Shown here: positions 44,426 through 52,860 of the stretch, piece after piece
Layout: each line of letters opens with the position of its first letter
Position numbering within the stretch: position 1 is the stretch's first letter
Program-made: the position numbers and the translations under genes
Assembly (NCBI GenBank): GCA_045598085.1
Contig: JAZLLI010000037.1
Location: 7,609-71,608 of the forward strand
Reading direction: 5' to 3'
Source: Acutalibacteraceae bacterium
Lineage (GTDB): Bacteria > Bacillota > Clostridia > Oscillospirales > Acutalibacteraceae
DNA length: 64,000 bases
The notes under the pieces: generated by a model
What the model was told of the DNA's origin: nothing
Seen by the model: the letters and a program-made list of their open reading frames with translations, nothing else
The model's database searches: none

Positions 44426-44605
44426 TTAATTCTGTTTTCTGACGATTTTATATTCATCATAGCGGTCATAATAAGGGCAATTATAATACGTGCCGCTCAT
44501 GAATTTATACATTTCATCTTCATCAAGGTTTATATCACAGCAGTAACATTCGCACTCGTCATCATAGATATAGTTTGAACATTCCTCGCAGTTGGTTGCC
44601 TGCAT
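44426..44605 (-). CDS. Small Cys- and acid-rich protein (59 aa)
   Basis: Below the track's apparent size cutoff (no ORF under 60 aa is listed). AAGGAGG 7 nt before the ATG at 44605. MQATNCEECSNYIYDDECECYCCDINLDEDEMYKFMSGTYYNCPYYDRYDEYKIVRKQN. Confidence 0.6.
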   Translation of the reverse strand: MQATNCEECSNYIYDDECECYCCDINLDEDEMYKFMSGTYYNCPYYDRYDEYKIVRKQN

Positions 44606-44620
44606 AGCTGAACCTCCTTA

Positions 44621-44650
44621 AATAAAAAGGGACAACATAAGCTGTCCCTT
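44621..44650 (-). terminator. Intrinsic terminator after pnp
   Basis: AAGGGACA-8nt-TGTCCCTT followed by TTTTTATTT on the minus strand. Confidence 0.75.
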
Positions 44651-44664
44651 AAAATTATTTTATC

Positions 44665-46854
44665 TTATTTATTGTTGCGTCTGCCGCCATCTCTGCGACC
44701 GTTATTGTTGCGGGGGCGTCTGGGAGCATCTGAAATTTCGTTTTCGGGAACAAGACCCTCAACCTCAATAAGTGCCTCACGGCGTGAAAGGTTAAGTCTG
44801 CCCTGCTCGTCAATGCCGAGAACCTTAACGATAACTTCGTCGCCAACATTTACAACATCCTCAACCTTTTCTGTTCTCTTAACATCAAGGTGGCTGATGT
44901 GAACCATACCCTCTTTACCGGGAGCAATTTCAACAAATGCACCGAAAGACATAAGTCTTGTTACAACGCCCTTGTAGATTGCGCCTGTTTCGGGGTCATT
45001 AGCGATTGTTTCAATCATGAAGAGAGCACGCTGTGCATTCTCAAGGTCAATTGCACTGACAAAGATGCTGCCATCCTCTTCAACATCAACCTTACAATCA
45101 CATTCCTCACAAATCTTCTGAATAACCTTGCCCTGCTTGCCGATAACATCGCCAATCTTTGAGGGGTCAATCTTTGTTGTGAGCATCTTGGGAGCATATT
45201 TTGAAAGCTCTCTTCTGGGCTCTGCAATAACGGGAAGCATAATCTCGTCAAGAATATAGCAACGAGCCTTATAAGTTTTATCAAGAGCTTCACGGATGAT
45301 TGCGGGAGTAAGGCCATGAACTTTAAGGTCCATCTGAATTGCTGTGATACCTTTCTTAGTACCTGCAACTTTGAAGTCCATATCGCCGAAGAAGTCTTCA
45401 ACGCCCTGAATATCAACCATTGTCATGAAGCGGTCGCCCTCTGTAACAAGTCCGCATGAAATACCTGCAACGGGAGCCTTAATGGGAACACCAGCAGCCA
45501 TAAGTGAAAGTGTTGAACCGCAAACTGAACCCTGTGATGTTGAACCGTTTGAAGAAAGAACCTCTGAAACAAGTCTGATGCAGTAGGGGAACTCCTGAAC
45601 TGAGGGGATAACGGGAAGAAGTGCTCTTTCAGCAAGTGCGCCATGACCGATTTCACGACGGCCAGGTCCTCTTGAAGGCTTTGTTTCGCCAACTGAATAT
45701 GAGGGGAAGTTGTAGTGATGGATATATCTCTTCTCTGTTTCGTTATCAAGACCGTCAAGGAGCTGAACATCGCTCATAGGTCCAAGAGTTGTAACTGTGA
45801 GAACCTGAGTCTGACCACGGGTAAACATACCTGAACCGTGTGCACGGCTGATAAGGTCAACCTCTGCGTTAAGAGGACGGATTTCGTCAATAGCTCTGCC
45901 GTCAACACGCTTGCCCTCGTCAAGAAGCCAGCGTCTAACGATGAACTTCTGGAGCTTATACATACAATCGTCAATCTTTGCGATTTCTTCGGGATAAACT
46001 TCGTCAAACTTCTCATGAACTGCGTCATAGATGGGCTTGAGTCTTTCATCACGGATACGCTTATCGTCTGTATCAAGAGCGAACTTAACATCATCAATAG
46101 CAAACTCTTTGATTGCTTCAAACATTTCGGGTGCGGGGTCATTTGAGGGGAAGTCGATCTTCTCTTTGCCAACCTCAGCCTGAATGCCTTTGATGAACTC
46201 AACGATTTCCTGATTTACTTTATGGGCATACATGATGCCGTCATACATATCGTCATTTGATACTTCGTTTGCACCAGCCTCAATCATAGCAACGAGGTCT
46301 GATGTTGAAGCAACTGTAACAGCCATCTGAGAAACCTCACGCTGTGCCTCTGTGGGGTTGATAACGAACTTGCCGTCAACAAGACCAACTGAAACGCCAG
46401 AAATGGGGCCATCCCACGGAATTTCTGAAATTGAAAGAGCAACTGAAACACCAATCATAGCTGTGATTTCAGGTGAGCAATCCTGATCAACAGACATAAC
46501 TGTTGCAACAACGCCAACATCGTTTCTCATATCCTTGGGGAAGAGAGGACGAATGGGTCTGTCAATAACACGGGAAGCGAGAGTTGCCTTTTCGCTTGCT
46601 TTGCCCTCACGGCGCTGGAAAGAACCGGGGATTCTGCCTACTGAATAAAGCTTCTCTTCATAATCAACAGAGAGAGGGAAGAAATCAACACCTTCTCTGG
46701 GCTTGTCTGCCATAGTAGCTGTGCAGAGAACTTCTGTTTCGCCATAGCGGATAAGGCATGAGCCGCCAGCAAGCTGAGCCATTTTGCCGACCTCAACAAC
46801 GAGGGGACGGTCTGCCAATGTGGTTTCAAATGTTTTGAAATCCTTAAAAAACAT
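44665..46854 (-). CDS. pnp: Polyribonucleotide nucleotidyltransferase (PNPase)
   Basis: Two RNase PH domains, KH and S1 (MSFGAFVEI) domains, Arg/Asn-rich tail. ATG 46854 with AGAGGT RBS. Confidence 0.95.
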   Translation of the reverse strand: MFFKDFKTFETTLADRPLVVEVGKMAQLAGGSCLIRYGETEVLCTATMADKPREGVDFFPLSVDYEEKLYSVGRIPGSFQRREGKASEKATLASRVIDRPIRPLFPKDMRNDVGVVATVMSVDQDCSPEITAMIGVSVALSISEIPWDGPISGVSVGLVDGKFVINPTEAQREVSQMAVTVASTSDLVAMIEAGANEVSNDDMYDGIMYAHKVNQEIVEFIKGIQAEVGKEKIDFPSNDPAPEMFEAIKEFAIDDVKFALDTDDKRIRDERLKPIYDAVHEKFDEVYPEEIAKIDDCMYKLQKFIVRRWLLDEGKRVDGRAIDEIRPLNAEVDLISRAHGSGMFTRGQTQVLTVTTLGPMSDVQLLDGLDNETEKRYIHHYNFPSYSVGETKPSRGPGRREIGHGALAERALLPVIPSVQEFPYCIRLVSEVLSSNGSTSQGSVCGSTLSLMAAGVPIKAPVAGISCGLVTEGDRFMTMVDIQGVEDFFGDMDFKVAGTKKGITAIQMDLKVHGLTPAIIREALDKTYKARCYILDEIMLPVIAEPRRELSKYAPKMLTTKIDPSKIGDVIGKQGKVIQKICEECDCKVDVEEDGSIFVSAIDLENAQRALFMIETIANDPETGAIYKGVVTRLMSFGAFVEIAPGKEGMVHISHLDVKRTEKVEDVVNVGDEVIVKVLGIDEQGRLNLSRREALIEVEGLVPENEISDAPRRPRNNNGRRDGGRRNNK

Positions 46855-47004
46855 AACTTTTACCTCTTTTTTAATATATTTCTTCGTCGAGGCAGGTTTA
46901 GCAATAAATCCACACTTCAAAATTTAAAATGTCGATTCACTGCTAAAACCGCCCATTAAGGCACCCCGACGATAGATTCAAAATAAATTCACCCTTGCAG
47001 GATG

Positions 47005-47037
47005 TAAAACAAGGCAGGCAACGGTGGCTGCCTGCCT
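47005..47037 (-). terminator. rpsO terminator / pnp leader hairpin
   Basis: 9-bp GC-rich stem AGGCAGGCA/TGCCTGCCT, followed by TGTTTT on the minus strand. Confidence 0.75.
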
Positions 47038-47047
47038 CTTTGGGGCA

Positions 47048-47311
47048 TTATTTACGGATGCCGAGTTTTGCGATGATTGCACGATATCTCTCAATGTCAA
47101 CCTTCTGAAGGTATGCAAGGAGGTTACGTCTGTGACCAACCATCTTGAGAAGACCACGGCGTGAGTGATGGTCCTTTTTATGAACCTTAAGATGCTCAGT
47201 AAGGTCATTGATTCTCTTTGTGAGAACAGCGATCTGTACTTCGGGAGAACCTGTGTCGCCCTCATGAGTAGCATATGCCTGCATTATAGCGGTCTTTTCT
47301 TCTTTTGTCAT
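47048..47311 (-). CDS. rpsO: 30S ribosomal protein S15
   Basis: 87 aa. [38 protein letters not shown]. Confidence 0.95.
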   Translation of the reverse strand: MTKEEKTAIMQAYATHEGDTGSPEVQIAVLTKRINDLTEHLKVHKKDHHSRRGLLKMVGHRRNLLAYLQKVDIERYRAIIAKLGIRK

Positions 47312-47417
47312 GATTATTCACCTCATTATTTATTTTTGCCCGTCATCTCAGGTTAAGGCAGGTGAACACCGACGAGCGGTTTAAACCAAAATCCGAGAAG
47401 CGGAACATACGCAAATT

Positions 47418-47445
47418 ATTATACCACAAATTTTGAATTTGTAAA
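47418..47445 (-). promoter_or_regulatory. Extended -10 promoter of rpsO
   Basis: Minus strand: TTTACA, 16-nt spacer, TGGTATAAT. This leaves a leader of about 100 nt. Confidence 0.55.
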
Positions 47446-47475
47446 GTAGTTTTATTTTATTATATCATAAATTTT

Positions 47476-48165
47476 TCAAAAAATGCTGTTATATTTTTTG
47501 TGCATTCTCATTGAGAAGCAGTCATCATCTGCAACAATTATGTGGTCAATCAGCTCAATATCAAGCTGATTGAATATATCTTTTAAATCCACAGTTGCGT
47601 TTATATCTGCCTGCGACGGCACTGCAAAGCCCTTTGGGTGATTGTGAGATATAATCACCTTTGACGCACCGCATCTGATAGCCGCCTCAACCAGCTCTCT
47701 TGTTCTGAAAGCTGTTTCGGTGGATGTGCCTCTGTCAATCTCTGCGGTTTTGATGAACTGACCTTTATTATCGCAAAAAATTGAAACAACAACCTCGTTT
47801 CGCTCGTGGCTGAGCCTTGTTTTAAGGAAGTTCATTATATCCTCTTCGGTAAATTCCTTTTTAAGCTCGTTGGATTTCATCATATACCTTTTGGCATAGC
47901 GTGAAAAAAGCACAATCAGCGTGGCGGCATTTTCGCCAACATCCTTGACCTGCAACAAATCCTCATATGCGGCATTCATTACCGCCTCGAGGTTGCCGAA
48001 TGTTTTTATAAGCCTGTGAGCAATTTCGTTTGTATCTCTTCTGGAATAAGCATAAAAAAGCATCATTTCAAGAATTTCGTGGTCAGGCATAGAGTTAATA
48101 TCACGATTGAGAAAGGATTGCCTTACTCTTTTTCTGTGCCCGTCGTGGAGACTTTTTTCTTCCAT
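47476..48165 (-). CDS. radC: RadC-family JAB/MPN domain protein (UPF0758)
   Basis: N-terminal helix-hairpin-helix region. JAMM motif HNHPKGFAVPSQAD. Confidence 0.85.
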   Translation of the reverse strand: MEEKSLHDGHRKRVRQSFLNRDINSMPDHEILEMMLFYAYSRRDTNEIAHRLIKTFGNLEAVMNAAYEDLLQVKDVGENAATLIVLFSRYAKRYMMKSNELKKEFTEEDIMNFLKTRLSHERNEVVVSIFCDNKGQFIKTAEIDRGTSTETAFRTRELVEAAIRCGASKVIISHNHPKGFAVPSQADINATVDLKDIFNQLDIELIDHIIVADDDCFSMRMHKKYNSIF

Positions 48166-48176
48166 AAATATTCTCC

Positions 48177-49448
48177 TTATTTCTTTATGCCTTTAATTCT
48201 ATCCCAGTAATCCTTTGCCGCCTGCTCATTTTTATTGTCGCCATATTCATAATAGCGTGTGTTTTTAATTTCATCGGGCAGATACTGCTGTTTAATCCAG
48301 TGATTTTGGTACATATGAGGATATTCATAAAACTGACCCTTGACCACTGCATCCTCACCGTCAAAATGCTTATTCTGAAGCGTTCTGGGAATGGGACCCG
48401 TTTTGCCCTTTGCAACATCTGCCATAGCGGCATTTATTGCGTTATATGCTGAAACAGACTTTGGTGAATTGCACACAAGAATAACTGCATCTGCCAATGG
48501 GATTCTGGCTTCGGGTAAACCTACCATCATAGCGGTGTCAACTGCCGCCTTGACAATGGGAATAATCATAGGGTAAGCAAGACCAACATCCTCACAAGCG
48601 CACACCATAAGCCTGCGGCAGGCAGAAGGCAAATCGCCAGCTTCAAGAAGCCTTGCAAGGTAGTGAATTGCGGCATCGGGGTCAGAGCCACGCATACTCT
48701 TTTGATAAGCAGAAACAATATCGTAATGCTCATCGCCGTCTTTATCATATTTCATGGCACTGCGCTGAGTAAGAGCACGGGCTGTTTCTTCTGAAATTTC
48801 AATTTTGCCGTCCGCTTCTTTTGTTGAAAGAACGCACAGCTCGGCGGCATTCATAGCCTTGCGCACATCACCGCCACAAGCTGTTGAAATGTATCTGACA
48901 GCTTCATCGGGAACATAAATTTCTATGCCTTTTTCGTCTGACATAAAGTTGAACGCACGCTTCACCGCAGGGACAATATCGTCTGCACTGACGGTTTTAA
49001 ATTCAAAAACAGTTGAACGGCTGAGAATTGCATTATAAACATAAAAATATGGATTCTCTGTTGTGGAAGCAATGAGAGTGATTTTGCCGTTTTCGATATA
49101 TTCAAGAAGCGTCTGCTGCTGTTTTTTATTGAAATACTGAATTTCGTCAAGGTAAAGAAGCACGCCGTTTATGGCTTCAAATGTATCAAGCTGATTAACG
49201 ATAGCCTTAATATCGGCAGTGCCGGCGGTTGTGCCGTTTAATTTGCAGAATTTGCGGTTGGTGGTTTTGGCAATTATATTGGCAACAGTTGTTTTGCCAA
49301 CTCCTGACGGGCCGTAAAAAACAAGATTTGGAAGCTCGCCCGATTCAATAATATTTCGCAGGGGCTTGCCCTCGCCTATCAGATGACGCTGACCCACAAC
49401 CTCGTCTATTGTCTGGGGTCTGATTCGCTGCGCCAGCGGTTCATACAT
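48177..49448 (-). CDS. rarA: Replication-associated recombination protein A (AAA+ ATPase)
   Basis: GPSGVGKTT Walker A, LYLDEIQ Walker B, MgsA C-terminal domain. ATG 49448 with GGAG RBS. Confidence 0.9.
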   Translation of the reverse strand: MYEPLAQRIRPQTIDEVVGQRHLIGEGKPLRNIIESGELPNLVFYGPSGVGKTTVANIIAKTTNRKFCKLNGTTAGTADIKAIVNQLDTFEAINGVLLYLDEIQYFNKKQQQTLLEYIENGKITLIASTTENPYFYVYNAILSRSTVFEFKTVSADDIVPAVKRAFNFMSDEKGIEIYVPDEAVRYISTACGGDVRKAMNAAELCVLSTKEADGKIEISEETARALTQRSAMKYDKDGDEHYDIVSAYQKSMRGSDPDAAIHYLARLLEAGDLPSACRRLMVCACEDVGLAYPMIIPIVKAAVDTAMMVGLPEARIPLADAVILVCNSPKSVSAYNAINAAMADVAKGKTGPIPRTLQNKHFDGEDAVVKGQFYEYPHMYQNHWIKQQYLPDEIKNTRYYEYGDNKNEQAAKDYWDRIKGIKK

Positions 49449-49492
49449 AAAATCACTCCGTTCTGCAAAACTCTCACCGCATATTTTAACAC

Positions 49493-49527
49493 AAAAAAGG
49501 CAGCTATGCAATAAGCATAACCGCCTT
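49493..49527 (-). terminator. Probable terminator ending the MMPL/lipid cluster
   Basis: 13-position stem with two mismatches, AAGGCGGTTATGC/GCATAGCTGCCTT, followed by TTTTTTGTG on the minus strand. Confidence 0.5.
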
Positions 49528-49540
49528 TATTAACTGATAT

Positions 49541-50527
49541 TTATTTCATTTCTGCCATTTCTTCTGCAAAAACTTCTTCTGTTTCCTCTTCTTTTTCTTC
49601 CTTTTCTTCAGAAACGAAGTATTTGCTGGGAGGTGAAACAAGGTTTACTCTATCGTGAAGCAAGCCGATTTCAACATTATTATGCGCACCGCCAAACTCA
49701 CCGTCAAGAGTCCATGGAAGCTCTTCGTCAGATTTAATTTTGCACCATGTTGTTTTGAAGTTGATTATCTGTATGCCGTCATAATTTTCATCCTTAATTT
49801 TTTTAATAAGTCTGAAAGCATCAAGAACACCTCTGACCTTCTTAACAAAAATAACTTCAAAAACACCATCATTGAGCTTGATTTCTTTCTTGTTGAATTT
49901 AAAAATTCCGCCAACCTCGTTTGAGTTTGAAACTGCACCAAAATAGAAATTATCCTCAATAACGCCTTCATCTGTTTCAACAATCATATGATGAGGTTTA
50001 AGATTTTTAATCTGATGTGGCAGACCAAAAACAAATCCGTTAAGAAGATATGCAAGGTAGCCTAATCTGTTTTTCCATTTCTGTGATGTGTTATATGAAG
50101 CGTCTGCACCAACACCGAATGACGCAACATAGGTAAAATGTCTGTCATTAAACTTACCTATATCATAGCTGTGGATGCTGCCCTTTAAATAAAGCTCAAT
50201 CTGTGATTTAAGGTCTTTTGTAACACCGATTGTGTTTGCAAGGTCGTTTGTTGTGCCCATTGGCAGATACATAAGGGGTACAGTTGTTTCTGCACTTACC
50301 ATTCCGTTTACAGCCTCGTTGAATGTACCGTCTCCGCCACAGCATACAACAAGGTCATGACTGTCAACATTGTGCTTTACAATTTCTGTTGCATCGCCCA
50401 CGCAGGTTGTAACTTTTTCTGTAACAAAAAAGCCATAATCCTTGAATGTTCTGATTATATCATCCTGTGTTTTTCTTGAGCTGTTTTTGCCAGCACGGGG
50501 ATTGAAAATTACTAAAACTTTTTTCAT
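49541..50527 (-). CDS. Diacylglycerol-kinase-family lipid kinase (DAGK_cat, YegS/DgkB-like)
   Basis: CCGGDGTFNEAVNG motif. Acidic C-terminal tail. ATG 50527 with AAAGGAA RBS. Confidence 0.8.
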   Translation of the reverse strand: MKKVLVIFNPRAGKNSSRKTQDDIIRTFKDYGFFVTEKVTTCVGDATEIVKHNVDSHDLVVCCGGDGTFNEAVNGMVSAETTVPLMYLPMGTTNDLANTIGVTKDLKSQIELYLKGSIHSYDIGKFNDRHFTYVASFGVGADASYNTSQKWKNRLGYLAYLLNGFVFGLPHQIKNLKPHHMIVETDEGVIEDNFYFGAVSNSNEVGGIFKFNKKEIKLNDGVFEVIFVKKVRGVLDAFRLIKKIKDENYDGIQIINFKTTWCKIKSDEELPWTLDGEFGGAHNNVEIGLLHDRVNLVSPPSKYFVSEEKEEKEEETEEVFAEEMAEMK

Positions 50528-50550
50528 AACAATTTTCCTTTTCGCCAAAG

Positions 50551-51351
50551 TTATCTGAGAAGTTCTGTGAGAATATATGCTGCGGGAATCGACATCATAA
50601 GGCTGTCAATTCTATCCATCATTCCGCCATGACCAGGGATAAGATTACCATAATCCTTGATGCCAGCTTCTCTTTTGATGAATGAAGCACTAAGGTCGCC
50701 TATCTGCGAAACGATTGTGCAAATGAATACGATTATAATATATTTCAAAAGGCTTACCAGCATATAATCCTTAAACAGGAACCATGCGCCCACACCGATA
50801 CCAACTGTTACAAATGTGCCTGAAATTGAGCCTTCAATGGTCTTTTTAGGGCTGACTGTTGGGGCAAGCTTATGCTTGCCGAATGCCATACCGCCAAAAA
50901 GTGCAAAGGTATCACACGAAATTGCACTTAAAAAGCCTGTGGTGAAAATCACACCAAACTCTTTTCTCGGCAGGCAGCATACAAACAGAATGCCGATAAT
51001 TGCAAGACCCGGATAAAGCATCATTTCAAGGGTGGCAAGTGCATCCTGTGCTTTATGCTCTTCGCTCTTCATACAGAAAACAAATGTTATGAGGAAAAGG
51101 AGCATAACCACGGCACCGAGCCACATGGTATGTAACTGCTTGAAATAAAGCACTGCGGCGCAGGCAACGGCAAAAACGCAAGGGATTATCATAAGCGGAT
51201 TTTTGCCAAGTTTTTTAAGGCAATTTGACATTTCATAAAAGCTAATGCAAGCGCACGCTGTAACAAAAATAACTCCTGTTTCTTTGCAGGCGATAAAGCA
51301 GAATGCAGATAACGCCAGCAAAACTAATGCTGATATAACTCTTTTAAACAT
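50551..51351 (-). CDS. cdsA: Phosphatidate cytidylyltransferase (CDP-diacylglycerol synthase)
   Basis: Signature SFIKREAGIKDYGNLIPGHGGMMDRIDS. About 8 TM segments. Confidence 0.85.
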   Translation of the reverse strand: MFKRVISALVLLALSAFCFIACKETGVIFVTACACISFYEMSNCLKKLGKNPLMIIPCVFAVACAAVLYFKQLHTMWLGAVVMLLFLITFVFCMKSEEHKAQDALATLEMMLYPGLAIIGILFVCCLPRKEFGVIFTTGFLSAISCDTFALFGGMAFGKHKLAPTVSPKKTIEGSISGTFVTVGIGVGAWFLFKDYMLVSLLKYIIIVFICTIVSQIGDLSASFIKREAGIKDYGNLIPGHGGMMDRIDSLMMSIPAAYILTELLR

Positions 51352-51369
51352 ACTTCAACCATTATGCGA

Positions 51370-52857
51370 TTATTTTTTGATAACCGACATAACCTTTCTT
51401 CCTAATGATTTAACGTTAATATCGGTTCTGCCCGATACGCTTTTGCCTGCAACGATTGAATAATCATCACATGAGCCGATTTCTTTTGACGGAGTTTCAT
51501 CAATTTTTGCAATAACCTTACTGAATGTTTCAGTCTGGTCATACATAAGGTCAATGCTGAATTTATCCATCTGATGATTTTCACTTTCAACGCAAAGATA
51601 ATCAGGTGCGGTAACAAGTGCAATTTCAGGGATTCCAACATTGAAAAGAGGCTGTCCTTCGCCAAAGTGGAGGAAATTATGACCTCTTAAAGTCATAACC
51701 TTAACATTCTCTCTTTCTCTTGCGAACTCCATAAAAATGTCGTCCATAGCGTTGTTGCCTGTGTAAACAAGCTCGGTCTGAATTTCGCCTGTGGGCTTAA
51801 ATTCACCGTTATCATCAATCCATTCCATACAGCCAAGATGCTCAACTGAAACACCTGCAACAGCTTTAAGATGACCGTGCTTGCCATCCCACAAATCGGG
51901 GTGCATTGCAAGCCATTTTGATGTTGCCTGAACTCCGCCGCCTGCAATATCTTTGAAAACAGGAAGTCTGAAATGACCTGTTACAAAAACGAAAATATGA
52001 TTTCTGCTGAGCTTTTTATCTTTAAGAGATTTTATAAGCTGAAGCATTGCAATAGGTCCGTTTTCTTCAACGCAGTTTGTGCCGTCTGTATGTGTATTGA
52101 TAATAACGCTTTCTTTATCGCTCTCGCCTTTGAGCATACAATAAAATGTTTCTGTGTAAGCGTGGCGTTTAGTATCTGCTGTGAGGGTGATTGTTGCTGT
52201 TCTGTGCTCAAGAGCAGCTTCTTTAACCTTTTTGCCCTCTGTTTCGCTAATCCAGATAGCGGGGATTCCCTGATACTCAAGAATAAAGGGAAGATACTGA
52301 CCCTTTGCAAGCTGGTCATTAAGACCTTTCCATACAAAGATAATTGCTCTTGCGCCACGGAGCTTTGCGATTTTTGCATAAGTAAATTTAACGAATGTTG
52401 TGGCAACGGGACCACTATAGTTTACAGGAAGCTGAACATCTGAGGGATGTGATGAACGCTTATCAAAAGCAAGTTCACTGGGAAGTCCGTCAAGCTCAGA
52501 AACAGGAATAACTGCAATTTTATCTTTGATACCTGCGTAGCCTCTGATTTTATCCTCTACATAATAAAGCTCGCTGGTGATGCCTGATTCTTTTGTTTCA
52601 CCTGAATAAGGGAAAACTGAAGAAATTTCAATATCTTCTGGTCCGTTATAGCCAAAGATTTTAAGTGAAGCCTCTTTCTTCTCCCACTTCTTAAAATAGA
52701 AGGGATCTGAATAAACCTCAAGACCCATATCTCTGATGCTGTCTTTAAGGTATTTGATAAAGCCAAGCTGACCCTCGCTACCTGTGATGCGGGTGCCGAA
52801 AGAATTCATTTTTTCAATACCTTCGGCAAGCTCTGCCTTTGAAATCATTTCGCTCAT
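51370..52857 (-). CDS. PA-domain / M28-peptidase-like protein (function uncertain)
   Basis: 495 aa, no signal peptide. INTHTDG and VTGHF segments resemble M28 metal-ligand blocks. Central PA-like insert. Confidence 0.4.
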   Translation of the reverse strand: MSEMISKAELAEGIEKMNSFGTRITGSEGQLGFIKYLKDSIRDMGLEVYSDPFYFKKWEKKEASLKIFGYNGPEDIEISSVFPYSGETKESGITSELYYVEDKIRGYAGIKDKIAVIPVSELDGLPSELAFDKRSSHPSDVQLPVNYSGPVATTFVKFTYAKIAKLRGARAIIFVWKGLNDQLAKGQYLPFILEYQGIPAIWISETEGKKVKEAALEHRTATITLTADTKRHAYTETFYCMLKGESDKESVIINTHTDGTNCVEENGPIAMLQLIKSLKDKKLSRNHIFVFVTGHFRLPVFKDIAGGGVQATSKWLAMHPDLWDGKHGHLKAVAGVSVEHLGCMEWIDDNGEFKPTGEIQTELVYTGNNAMDDIFMEFARERENVKVMTLRGHNFLHFGEGQPLFNVGIPEIALVTAPDYLCVESENHQMDKFSIDLMYDQTETFSKVIAKIDETPSKEIGSCDDYSIVAGKSVSGRTDINVKSLGRKVMSVIKK

Positions 52858-52860
52858 AAT

